Assembly (NCBI GenBank): GCA_965227295.1
Contig: OZ245742.1
Coordinates: forward strand, 3,168,001 to 3,232,000
Length of the DNA: 64,000 bases
Origin: Leptonemataceae bacterium
GTDB taxonomy: Bacteria > Spirochaetota > Leptospiria > Leptospirales > Leptonemataceae
Direction of reading: 5' to 3'
Shown: one piece after another, positions 18,967-28,479 of the stretch
How positions within the stretch are numbered: the stretch's first letter is position 1
How the letters are laid out: each line of letters starts with the position of its first letter
Program-made: the position numbers and the translations under genes
Notes under the pieces: model-generated
Told to the model about the DNA's origin: nothing
Databases searched by the model: none
The model's input: the letters and a program-made list of their open reading frames with translations, nothing else

Positions 18967-20295
18967 CTAGAATAGCGAATACACGATGCCGGCGACCGTG
19001 CCGGTGATCATGGTGGCCAGGGTGCCCGCCACGATGGAGTGAAAACCCAGCGCGGCAATTTCCCCGCGGCGTTCCGGGGCCATGCCGCCCAGACCGCCGA
19101 TCATGATGCCCAGGCTGCCCAGGTTTGCAAAGCCGCACAGAGCGTAACTTAAGATGAGTTGCGTTTTGTCGGAGAGGGCCACGTAGCCGGCGGGCAGGTC
19201 GGCTCCTTCTTCCAGGCCGGCCGGCAACGTAACGTGGGCCACGAGGTCGCTGTAGGCGATGAATTCGTTGGTGATGGTCTTGATGCCCATCAACTCCCCG
19301 GCCTTGAACGCCTCGGCGTACGGAATGCCCATGAGCCAGGACAGCGGCATCATGATCACGCCCAGGATGGTTTGCAGCCACTGCGGGTTCGGATTGTCCG
19401 AAACGAAACCGTGGATCCAGGCGAAGAACGTATTCACCAGGGCCACAAGGGCGATGAGTACGATCAGCATGGCGATGATGTTCAGCCAGAGCTTCAGACC
19501 GTCGAGGCCGCCCTGGGTGACGGCGTCCATGGAGTTCTCGGCCGGATGCGGGGCGATGAGTTCGCCGGACGTCGGTGTTTCGTTTGCTTCCGGCGGAACC
19601 ATAAGGTGAGCCATGACGATGGCGGCGGGGGCGCTCAAGATCGAAGCCACAAGCAGATGTCCGAGGGCCGCGTCGCCGAGCACACCCTGCAGGACGAAGG
19701 CGTAGAGCACCATCATGGTACCGGCGATGGTGGCCATGCCCGTGGCCATCACCATGAACAATTCGCTGCGGCTTAACTTCTGCATGTACGGTTTTATGAA
19801 GAGCGGGGCCTCCACCATGCCGACGAAGATGTTCGCCGCCGCCGAAAGCCCCACCGCACCGCCGATGGAAAGCGTCTTTTCGAGCGCGAAGGCGAGGCCG
19901 CGCACGATGAGCGGTAGAATCTTCCAATAAAACAACAGTGACGTGAGCGCGCCGATGACCATGACGAGCGGCAGGGCTCGAAAGGCCAGGATGAAACCCG
20001 CCGGCGGATTCGTGGTTTCGAACGGGGTGAAGGAGTTGCCGCCGACGTACCCGAACACGAAGGACGTGCCCGCGCCGGTGGCGTCGTCCAGGGCTTTGAC
20101 GAGATTGTTTAAGTACAACAAGCCCTGCTGGATGATCGGCACCTGTAAGAGAATCACCGCGAGCACGATCTGCAACAAGAGACCGACGCCCACGAGTTTC
20201 CAGGAGACCGCGCGCCCGGACTCCGTGAGCCGGCCGATGCCCCAGGCGATGCCGCAGAAAACGAGAATACCGAAAAGAGCCTGAACAATCGTCAT
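18967..20295 (-). CDS. CNT-family (NupC-like) nucleoside transporter
   Basis: ANIFVGMVEAPL, GMATIAG, NEFIAY, YALCGFANLGS. Confidence 0.93.
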   Translation of the reverse strand: MTIVQALFGILVFCGIAWGIGRLTESGRAVSWKLVGVGLLLQIVLAVILLQVPIIQQGLLYLNNLVKALDDATGAGTSFVFGYVGGNSFTPFETTNPPAGFILAFRALPLVMVIGALTSLLFYWKILPLIVRGLAFALEKTLSIGGAVGLSAAANIFVGMVEAPLFIKPYMQKLSRSELFMVMATGMATIAGTMMVLYAFVLQGVLGDAALGHLLVASILSAPAAIVMAHLMVPPEANETPTSGELIAPHPAENSMDAVTQGGLDGLKLWLNIIAMLIVLIALVALVNTFFAWIHGFVSDNPNPQWLQTILGVIMMPLSWLMGIPYAEAFKAGELMGIKTITNEFIAYSDLVAHVTLPAGLEEGADLPAGYVALSDKTQLILSYALCGFANLGSLGIMIGGLGGMAPERRGEIAALGFHSIVAGTLATMITGTVAGIVYSLF

Positions 20296-20340
20296 ACACC
20301 GCAAGACATCTTATACCGTGTGTAAAATCCAGTGAAAAAT

Positions 20341-21891
20341 TCAGTCCAGAACGGCGTTCAGGCGACGGGCCAGGGCCTCCCCGGCCACGGCGTTGCCGGC
20401 ATTGTTCCAGTGAAAATCGTTGGGGTAGTACAGGCCGTCATCGGCCCGGGCACGGAATTCCGGCAGCAGGTCCACACAGTGCAGGTCGTTCTGTTTGCAG
20501 ATGGAGCCGATCTTTCGATTTACCAGCAGGGGATCGAAGGCCGCGTCCCGGAGCCACCAGTAGCGCCGGGTGACCTCCCATTCGGCGTCGGAGATCTGAA
20601 ATCGCATGGGGAAGATCGCAAAGACCACGGGTACGTCGCCGGGAGCCGCCGCCTGGATCTTCACGAGCGTCTTCGCATACGCATCCCACACTTGATTCAC
20701 CGTCGCATCGGTTTCGCGCAGGTAGAGACCCAGGCCGTGTTCCCAGAAACGCAGCGCTCCAGGGCGACCGTTGTCGTACGGCATCGGTGTGATGCGATTG
20801 CCGTAGATTCGCAGCGCAAGGTCCAGAAGGCGCAGACGCCGGCCGTAATCTGAAACGTAATCGCTTTCGCTCTTCTCGTACGCATGAGCGGGCAGCATGC
20901 TGCTTGCGAGGACGGCCTCGCTTTGCCGGCGCAGCGCCGGCGATGGAGCGGCGCGGGCGTGAAAGTAGGAACCGTGCACGTCGTTCGCTTCGCAGATGCC
21001 GATCACGATCACGTCGGCATCGAAGGCGTTTTTATTGCCGTAGCGGCGCATCCACTGCAACGCCTCGTACTGATCAAGAGTATGCGCCGGAAAGACACGC
21101 ACGCTGCGTTCGCGTTCGGCCAGGGATCTTTCCAGGACGCTGCTGATCATGCGCTCCTGGTCGATGCGGTAGCCGACGCTGAAGCTGTCGCCGAGCAGGA
21201 TGATGCGCAGTTCATCTTGCGGCTTCGGCAGTTTCAGCTCATGGTCCGTGCGAAAGCCGTGCGCATTCGTGCGCGCCGCGATGGGCCGGCCGTAGCCGTC
21301 TTTCATGGTTAGGTTCAAGTTCGGTGCGAGGCCGCCGCCGGGACCGAAGCCGTCCTGAAAGAGATCGCCGTAGTCTTTGAGGCGACTGTCCGCCGCGGAG
21401 AAGCCGGAACGCAGGAGACCGAGTTCCACGACGATCAACACCGGTTCGGCGAGCAGTAATAGAAACAAAACGAAAGTTAGCAGTCCGGCGCAGCGCCGGA
21501 ACCAGGGGCCCGCGGGCAGGCGGCCGGACAGCAAATGCAGCGAGATCGCCGCGAAGAGCAGCAGCACCGCGAGCTTTACGTACAGGAACTGAGCCCGATC
21601 GAGCATTGCGGCGCCGGCGAATAGTACGACGATCCATGCCCAGTCCCGGAGCCGTCCCGGCGGGGCTGCTTTCTGTCGGCGAAAGTACGCGAACAGGAAG
21701 GCCGCCACGAGTAAAGGGGACAGGGCGGGCAGTAGAAACCGGGGCAATAAAATAGAGAACGGCAAAAACTCCAGTGCGCGTCCGCCGCTTTCCGCATTTA
21801 AGCGAAGGAACAATAGAGCCAGAGGCAGGACGCACAGCAGTGCCGTGGCCAGCGCGACGATGAAGTAGACGGCGATGCTACGCTGCGACAT
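20341..21891 (-). CDS. Membrane-anchored SGNH/GDSL hydrolase-family protein
   Basis: Several N-terminal TMs, TNAHGFR, LLGDSF, DFHWN..G. Confidence 0.8.
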   Translation of the reverse strand: MSQRSIAVYFIVALATALLCVLPLALLFLRLNAESGGRALEFLPFSILLPRFLLPALSPLLVAAFLFAYFRRQKAAPPGRLRDWAWIVVLFAGAAMLDRAQFLYVKLAVLLLFAAISLHLLSGRLPAGPWFRRCAGLLTFVLFLLLLAEPVLIVVELGLLRSGFSAADSRLKDYGDLFQDGFGPGGGLAPNLNLTMKDGYGRPIAARTNAHGFRTDHELKLPKPQDELRIILLGDSFSVGYRIDQERMISSVLERSLAERERSVRVFPAHTLDQYEALQWMRRYGNKNAFDADVIVIGICEANDVHGSYFHARAAPSPALRRQSEAVLASSMLPAHAYEKSESDYVSDYGRRLRLLDLALRIYGNRITPMPYDNGRPGALRFWEHGLGLYLRETDATVNQVWDAYAKTLVKIQAAAPGDVPVVFAIFPMRFQISDAEWEVTRRYWWLRDAAFDPLLVNRKIGSICKQNDLHCVDLLPEFRARADDGLYYPNDFHWNNAGNAVAGEALARRLNAVLD

Positions 21892-21908
21892 GAACGCCGC
21901 CGGCGCTC

Positions 21909-22979
21909 TTACGCCGTTACCGGCGCGGGTTCCGGGAGGTAAGTTTGGTACTTCTTCTTCAGCTCGAACATTTCCGCGGCGTCCTTAATGAGGTTGCCGA
22001 GTACCTTCGGAGTGATGGCCTGTTTCGGGTCGTCGCCGATGCCCTTGCCGGGTTGGCAGTGCGTTTCGATGCACAGGCCGTCCGCGCCGTAGGCGATGGC
22101 GGCGAGGGCCGCCTGGGGAACGTAGTCCGCCTTACCGACGGAATGCGAAGGATCCACCACTACCGGCGCCCAGGTCATTTGCTTCAGCAGCGGGGTGATG
22201 CACTCGTCCGGATGATTGCGGTAGCCGTCGATGCCGGGCACGGTGCCGCGCGGGCAGAGCACCACGTTCGGGTTGCCGCTCGCCACGATGTACTCCGCGG
22301 CGGAGACGAATTCTTTCATGGGGCCCATGTGCATGCCGCGCTTGAGCAAGATGATGATGTTCTTGTGCGCGGTGTACTCGCCGATCTTTTTCAGCAATGA
22401 GTAGTTGAGGGCGTTGCGTGCGCCCACCTGGATCATATCCGCACCCGCGTCGACGGCGATGCGCAGTTGTTCCTCGTCCATGACCTCGGTGTTGATCGGC
22501 AGGCCGGTCTCTTCCCGCGCACGCAGGAGGACCTCAATGGCCTTCGCATCCCCCTGGTACGAGTGCGGGGACGTGCGCGGTTTCCAGACGCCGCCGCGCA
22601 GTACGTGGGCGCCGGCTTCTTTCACGCCGTGCGCCGATTCGAGGTAGTACTGCGGATTCTTCGGATCGATGGTGCAGTGGCCGGCGACGATGAGCATGTC
22701 CCGTCCCAGGGTGCGGCCGGCAATGGCGATGTCGTGGCGGGCCAGCTCCGAATCCACGTCCATGAGTTTGAACGGGGACTGGATGGTATCGACGCGCTCG
22801 ATGTAGTGCAGGCCTTCGACGCGGTTGATCATGAGCTCGTGACGTTCGTCACCGCGAATGGCATAGATGGTACGGGTGGCGCCGGGAATCGGCGAGAGGG
22901 TGCAGCCGAACTCTTCGAGGATGGCGGTCACCTCGTTAACCTGAGCGTCGGTGAGTTTGTCTTCTCTGGGAATGATCAT
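21909..22979 (-). CDS. aroF: DAHP synthase, class I-beta, with N-terminal regulatory domain
   Basis: AGHCTI, RGGVWKPRTSP, QVGARN, LLKRG, VDPSHSVG, ETH. Confidence 0.88.
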   Translation of the reverse strand: MIIPREDKLTDAQVNEVTAILEEFGCTLSPIPGATRTIYAIRGDERHELMINRVEGLHYIERVDTIQSPFKLMDVDSELARHDIAIAGRTLGRDMLIVAGHCTIDPKNPQYYLESAHGVKEAGAHVLRGGVWKPRTSPHSYQGDAKAIEVLLRAREETGLPINTEVMDEEQLRIAVDAGADMIQVGARNALNYSLLKKIGEYTAHKNIIILLKRGMHMGPMKEFVSAAEYIVASGNPNVVLCPRGTVPGIDGYRNHPDECITPLLKQMTWAPVVVDPSHSVGKADYVPQAALAAIAYGADGLCIETHCQPGKGIGDDPKQAITPKVLGNLIKDAAEMFELKKKYQTYLPEPAPVTA

Positions 22980-23175
22980 ACCGGTACCTGTGAAAGCGCG
23001 CATGCAATAGTTTGCGCATTTATAATTGTTCTAACGATACGTCGAAGATCGGCGCAGTACGACCAGTCTTTTTCGACTTTTTTCATGTTAGACGGGCGTT
23101 TCGCGCACTTTTTGAATCAAAGCAGAAACATAATGACGGATGCGCCCTGGATCGAGGAATTTTTTGAGGCCTTGC

Positions 23176-24642
23176 TCAGCGAAGCATCAACATCCAGCGT
23201 TCCAGATCTTCCGGGCGGATGCCGAGGCGCTGCCAGGCCGCAAAGTTCCAGTGATGGAAGCTGTGTTGGAGATGCCTGCGCAGGGAGGCCGTTGTCACCG
23301 TTATAAAACCGGCTCCCGGATCGGCCGCGCGCGGTCCTTGAGGCGCGGCGAGTTCCTGCGATGTTGCGTCCCCAATGGCACGGACGGCCAGGCCGAGTTC
23401 CCGTGCCAGTTCTTCCATACCCGCGACGGCCACCCGGTTTTTCGCCGTAAGTTCCCGCCCGTACCCGCCCGGGCGATACATCTCCAGCGAACGCGTACGA
23501 CGGACGCATTCCCGGGCGAACTCGGTGTAGCCGGTCCCCCGGACATGGGATCGACTGCCGTCACTGCGAAACGAGGTCCCGGCCGTCCAGAGCGTCTCCG
23601 CTCCGATCATCCGCGCGAAATGCAGGGCCGGGCCCACGGCGTTGCGCGGCGGATTGTTCCATTCCGGCAACCCTTCCAGGGCGCCGCCGGGGGCAGCGAG
23701 TAGCTGATCCAGCGGGGTGGTGGAGCGATAGAGCAGGATGCGATCGAACCACAGTTGGAGAAAGCGCGGTCCGGCCAGGTTCGTAAGCACGGGGATGTGG
23801 CCGAGTTGTTCCGGCGGAAGCAATGCCGCCGCGGCGGCAAAGTGATAGTAGCTGCCGCGCCCGCTGTCCACGGAAATGATCAGGTCCGGCCGGATGCCGC
23901 GGGCGAACAAGGGGGCAAGCGCGGTGTCGACGGCGATGACCGTTGCCGATTGTAGGAACTCCGACGAAAGCCGATCGAGGTCCCGGGGGAGCCCCGGGCC
24001 GGCCCCGCAGTAGAGCGCAGACCGTCCGGCCACCGGCTCGTGGGATGCGCCTCCCGGAAACTCCAGTTTACCGGTCGCGTCCGCCAGGCGGCAGAAGGCA
24101 TTGCGGGTCCACTGGCGTAGAAAGTGTGATCGGGTGGCGGTGTCCACGTCCGTTCCACCCGATCCTCCGGCCGGTTGTAGGAACTCCTGCAATTGCCGGC
24201 CGAGGTCGGGGAAGCGGCGGGCGTAGGCCGGCAGCACTTCGATGCGATACGAACCCGGTCCCCGGGCCACGGCCTCGCGCAATGCGACGGCATTGTCGGT
24301 GATCAGACGGGCCCCCAGGTCTTCCAGTGCGGAAAGCCGGCCGTGTTCCTGGAGCAGGGCGAAGACCTCGGGAGACGGTTCGAAGAAGATCATCGCGGCG
24401 AAGCGTTCCGGGGCGAGGGCGCGTAGTTCCTCCAGGACATACCCCCAGCCGATGCCGACCACGATGAGGGGGGCTGGATTGCCCGGGGAATCGATCAGGG
24501 TTGCGGCGGAGCGGCGGGCCTCGCGCACCGGATCGCGGGTGGAGTGCAGGGCCTCTTTCTGGAACCACAGGTTGTCGGTTCCGCCGACGTTGGCCGAGTA
24601 GGTAACGGGAATCGCGGGAATGAGGCGTTGCGGCTGCGCCAT
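23176..24642 (-). CDS. DUF115 / Maf (motility-associated factor)-like protein
   Basis: LHSTRDPVREA, GIGWGY, CGAGPGL, IAVDTA..L..GIRPD..ISVD. Confidence 0.8.
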   Translation of the reverse strand: MAQPQRLIPAIPVTYSANVGGTDNLWFQKEALHSTRDPVREARRSAATLIDSPGNPAPLIVVGIGWGYVLEELRALAPERFAAMIFFEPSPEVFALLQEHGRLSALEDLGARLITDNAVALREAVARGPGSYRIEVLPAYARRFPDLGRQLQEFLQPAGGSGGTDVDTATRSHFLRQWTRNAFCRLADATGKLEFPGGASHEPVAGRSALYCGAGPGLPRDLDRLSSEFLQSATVIAVDTALAPLFARGIRPDLIISVDSGRGSYYHFAAAAALLPPEQLGHIPVLTNLAGPRFLQLWFDRILLYRSTTPLDQLLAAPGGALEGLPEWNNPPRNAVGPALHFARMIGAETLWTAGTSFRSDGSRSHVRGTGYTEFARECVRRTRSLEMYRPGGYGRELTAKNRVAVAGMEELARELGLAVRAIGDATSQELAAPQGPRAADPGAGFITVTTASLRRHLQHSFHHWNFAAWQRLGIRPEDLERWMLMLR

Positions 24643-24695
24643 GCGGCCGGCCGTACTAACGAAAACGGCGGACCGGGGTCCGCCGCTTCAGTGAG

Positions 24696-25208
24696 TCAGG
24701 TGTCGTCGGAATCACCGAAGTCGCTGTCGTAGTCGTCATCATCGTCGTCGTCATCGTCATCGTCGACATCCGAGTCGTCGTCGTCATCATCATCATCGTC
24801 ATCATCATCGAAATCGTCGTCGGAGTCGTCATCATCCGAATCGTCAGCTTCGTTGCTGGCCTCTTGAAAGCCTTCCGGCGCATGCTCGGGGCGCGCGAAG
24901 GTCGGTTCTTCCAGTTCGCCGCTGGCGGCGTCCCGGGCCTCGCCGAAGACCGCGTCCAGCTGGGCCCGCCTGGAGTTTTCCATTTCCGCGGCCAGGGAGG
25001 CGCGCTGTTCGTCGTCGATGTAGTCCCAATGAACGATCTCGTCGACCAGGGCATACATGGCTTTGACAGCCGGCTTGCGATGGATGATCTTCTTTGGGAT
25101 GTCGATCTGCTCGAGGAGATCGATGACCTCAAAGGCGGCGACGGCTGTGGCGTACTTGTTCTGGTCCGACAGCGACAGCAGCCGGCTGATTTCGAATTCT
25201 TTAGACAT
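24696..25208 (-). CDS. RpoZ (omega)-like protein with poly-Asp tail
   Basis: N-terminal NKY..AVAA and KPAVKAM..L pattern as in omega subunits; about 45-residue Asp/Ser tail. Confidence 0.6.
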   Translation of the reverse strand: MSKEFEISRLLSLSDQNKYATAVAAFEVIDLLEQIDIPKKIIHRKPAVKAMYALVDEIVHWDYIDDEQRASLAAEMENSRRAQLDAVFGEARDAASGELEEPTFARPEHAPEGFQEASNEADDSDDDDSDDDFDDDDDDDDDDDDSDVDDDDDDDDDDDYDSDFGDSDDT

Positions 25209-25330
25209 GCAGGTAGGCTCGCAGGGTAGGAACGTGCAAAATACCGGATCGTCGCAGGGGCCGTCCCGGTCAATAGATTTTCTTCTAAAAAAGAGGTTTC
25301 CGGAACCACCGGCACCCCTTTGTTGGATGT

Positions 25331-25972
25331 ATGGACTCTCCCGTGAACCGCCCCGCCGGCCGTCTCATCTTACTGTTCGCCTGCATCCTGCTCACCGCGA
25401 CAACGACCTGCCGGCCCGGGCTGCAGAGCAACTTCGGAGTGGACCAGTGGGCCGGCTGGACCCTGGACGGAGAAAGCGTGCAGCTCGATCTGCTCGGTGG
25501 CCGGGGCCTGGTGCTGAACGTGTACAGCCCCACCTGCGGACCGTGCATCGAAGAGCTGCCGGCGCTGCATGTCCTCTATGAACGTGCGCGAGCCCTCGAA
25601 GTGCCGATGTTCATCGTGGCCACGAGCGAACCGTCGGACCACGGCATCGATCTGCCGGCGGGGTCCACACCGGAGCAGCGCCGAACCGTGGTGATGCAAC
25701 GCCTGCGCGAGGACGTCGCAAAGTACGGCATCGAAGTCCCCGTGCTCGTGATGGATGATCGCTTTCAGGTTTCGCCCGCGGACGGCCTGATCACCGGAAC
25801 GCCGGAGACGCTGTTCTTTCGCCGCGAACCCGTGTCGCTGGAGTATAACTTCATCGGCCCGCTCTCCGTAAGCGAGGCGCCGGCGGAAATCGTCGAAGAA
25901 AGTCGCTTTCAATTCGCCCTGCGCGTTCTGGATCGCGTGCGCAGTGAAAACGTATACGAACGAAACTACTGA
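25331..25972 (+). CDS. TlpA-like thioredoxin-fold lipoprotein
   Basis: Signal/lipobox-like N-terminus, VLNVYSPTCGPCIEELP, GTPET. Confidence 0.85.
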   Translation: MDSPVNRPAGRLILLFACILLTATTTCRPGLQSNFGVDQWAGWTLDGESVQLDLLGGRGLVLNVYSPTCGPCIEELPALHVLYERARALEVPMFIVATSEPSDHGIDLPAGSTPEQRRTVVMQRLREDVAKYGIEVPVLVMDDRFQVSPADGLITGTPETLFFRREPVSLEYNFIGPLSVSEAPAEIVEESRFQFALRVLDRVRSENVYERNY

Positions 25973-26029
25973 AGCCGGGGGGGCGCGAGTCTTTGTATGT
26001 GCGTTTCTTCGCCCGGATTTATGATGGGC

Positions 26030-28438
26030 TTAACTTTCTTTTTCCATCAACTTCCGTAACAATCCGTTCAGGTCCTTAATCCGAAACGGCTTCGCCACGC
26101 CGCCGTGAAAGCCGTAACTTTCGAAGTCGGCCAGTACCGGATCGTTCGAGTAACCGCTGCTCACCACAAACTTCGTATGCGCCGGCGCGGAGGCGCGCAT
26201 CTTCTGCGCCGCCTCGAGGCCGCCCATGCCGCCGGGTACCGTGAGGTCGACGATGACCACGTCGAAGGGGCGGCTGTGCAAAATGGCTTCCTCAAACATG
26301 GCCACCGCCTTGCTGCCCTCGTCGGCCTCGGCGACTTCGTACCCCAGACGATCCAACAACAGGCTTAACGTCTCGCGAATGTCTTCTTCATCGTCCATCA
26401 ACAGGATGCGGCCGGTGTCGTTTGCTCCGCCCGGTTCGGCGACGGGCTCCGGCGTGCCGGCGACCGCGGCACCGGGGCGGGCCGGCAGAAAAATCGAAAA
26501 CGTCGTGCCCTGATTCAACACGGACGAAACGCCGATGATGCCCTCGTGTTTCTTGATGATGCTGTATGTACTCGATAGACCCAGGCCGGTACCGGTTTCT
26601 TTCGTGGTGAAGTAGGGATCGAAGATGCGTTCTAAGTTTTCGGGCGCGATGCCTTTGCCCTCGTCCCGGACGACGACTTCGACGTAGTGTTTTTGATGCA
26701 GCGCCGCCGGCCATTCCTCGAACGGAAAGTCTTCACCGATCTCGCCGTGAAAACGATTGCGACATCGAACGGCCACGCGCCCGCCGTCGGGCATGGCATG
26801 CACGGCGTTGATGACGAGGTTGTTGATGACACTGGAGAGCTGGTTTTCGTCGACGTCGGCCGGCCAGAGGTTGTCGGCGATGTCGTAGAGGATGCTGACG
26901 CGACTGCCGCGCAGTACGAAGTCCGCCGTCTCGCGAATGAGTTCGGCGATGGACGTGGTCTTTTTGATGGGCGCGCCGCCGCGGGCGAACGTGAGCAGTT
27001 GCTGCGTAAGACCGCGTACCCGGTCGCAGGCGTTCTCGGCTTCCTGCAGGCGATGGCTCAGTACTTCGGGATCGTTCGTATGCAGTCTCGCCAGGGAGAT
27101 GTTGTTCTGGATCGCCGTCATGATGTTGTTGAAGTCGTGGGCGATGCCGCCGGCCAGCAGGCCCAGGGAATCCAGGGCCTGCATCTTGCGCAGCTCGCGT
27201 TCGGCGCGGACCTTCTCGGTTTCGTCCCGGAGTACGGCGACGGCGCCGAGGATCTTTTCTTCCTCGCCGTAGATCAGATTCGCGCTGAGGCTTACGAACG
27301 GTTTGCGGCCGTCCTCGGTGAGCATGCGCATGTCGCCGAAATACTCGATGACCTCGCCGGTCCGCAAAGCACTGCGCACAGGACACAAGAGTTCTTTGCC
27401 CGAGCGTTCGTCGATCAACGTATAGATCTCGTCGACGATGCGACCGGCGGCTTCCGGTAACGAGGCAAAACCGCAGAGATCCCGCGCGGCCTGGTTCATG
27501 AACAGAATGCGTCCCAGGCGATCGGTGGTGATGACGCCGTCGCCGATGGCGCGCAACGTAACCGCCTGCCATTCTTTTTCCTGCAAGAGATCGACCTCGG
27601 CATCTTTGCGCCGGGTGATGTCCTGGGCCGTGCCGAGGATTTGCAGCGGAACGCCTTCACTGTCGCGGGAGAAAACAATTTCCCGAACGGACAGCCATAC
27701 CCAATCGCCGTCGCGGCGGCGCACGTGTACCTCGGATTCAAGGATGTCGGACTTCGCATCGGTGTAACGATTGTCGCTGCCCTGGAGTTGATCGTAGGCC
27801 TGCGGCGTAAGTACCTCTGCCAGAAAGTTACGGCCGAGGCGCAGGATCTCTTCCGGTTTGTAGCCGAGGATTTCCTCGGACTGGGCGTTGATGTATGTAA
27901 TGCGTTGGTCCTGGTAATCGTAGGTATACAACACGGCCGGCATGGCCTCGGTGATGCCCTGGATGAAGCGCCGGCTTTCGTCGAGGGAACGCTCCGTTTG
28001 TTTGCGCCCGGTGATGTCGCCGATGGAACCGGTAACGATGCGCGGCCGGCCGTCGGCGTCCCGGGTGGCCATGCCCATGCAGTGTATCCAGCGGACTTCG
28101 TTCTCGTCCTCTTTGCGGCCGATGCGATGGATGTTATCGAAGACCGGCGTCGTGTTGTCGAGGTGGGCCTGGATGTCCAGGCGAAAGTCCTCACGATCCT
28201 CGGGATGGACCATGGCGAGATACTCTTCGAGTTTCATGAGCCGTGGTTCGCCGACCTCGTAGTCGAAGCCCAGAAGCGAGAGCGTACGCGGCGCGAAGAC
28301 GAGCTGGTCCTCATCGACGTTCCAATTCCAGAAGCCTTCGAGGTTGATGTAACCCTGCAGCGGATATTCAAAGCCCCCGGAATCCCGGGGCGGGTTGTGC
28401 GTACGGTGTTGCGGTTCCATAGGCCGGTGGAAGGACAC
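26030..28438 (-). CDS. PAS-domain hybrid sensor histidine kinase/response regulator
   Basis: Three PAS/PAC units, AGGIAHDFNN, NLVINA, DEGKGI..FTTK..GTGLGL, receiver LLMDDE..DLTVPG. Confidence 0.95.
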   Translation of the reverse strand: MSFHRPMEPQHRTHNPPRDSGGFEYPLQGYINLEGFWNWNVDEDQLVFAPRTLSLLGFDYEVGEPRLMKLEEYLAMVHPEDREDFRLDIQAHLDNTTPVFDNIHRIGRKEDENEVRWIHCMGMATRDADGRPRIVTGSIGDITGRKQTERSLDESRRFIQGITEAMPAVLYTYDYQDQRITYINAQSEEILGYKPEEILRLGRNFLAEVLTPQAYDQLQGSDNRYTDAKSDILESEVHVRRRDGDWVWLSVREIVFSRDSEGVPLQILGTAQDITRRKDAEVDLLQEKEWQAVTLRAIGDGVITTDRLGRILFMNQAARDLCGFASLPEAAGRIVDEIYTLIDERSGKELLCPVRSALRTGEVIEYFGDMRMLTEDGRKPFVSLSANLIYGEEEKILGAVAVLRDETEKVRAERELRKMQALDSLGLLAGGIAHDFNNIMTAIQNNISLARLHTNDPEVLSHRLQEAENACDRVRGLTQQLLTFARGGAPIKKTTSIAELIRETADFVLRGSRVSILYDIADNLWPADVDENQLSSVINNLVINAVHAMPDGGRVAVRCRNRFHGEIGEDFPFEEWPAALHQKHYVEVVVRDEGKGIAPENLERIFDPYFTTKETGTGLGLSSTYSIIKKHEGIIGVSSVLNQGTTFSIFLPARPGAAVAGTPEPVAEPGGANDTGRILLMDDEEDIRETLSLLLDRLGYEVAEADEGSKAVAMFEEAILHSRPFDVVIVDLTVPGGMGGLEAAQKMRASAPAHTKFVVSSGYSNDPVLADFESYGFHGGVAKPFRIKDLNGLLRKLMEKES

Positions 28439-28479
28439 CGTGAAGTATGAAATCGCTTAAGGTTCGCCGCAATCTTTTT

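Noticed and set aside
22976..23086. 36-codon upstream ORF overlapping the DAHP synthase start as an attenuator leader
   Set aside because: Only one Trp and one Tyr codon, no terminator/antiterminator pair; the region looks like an AT-rich promoter
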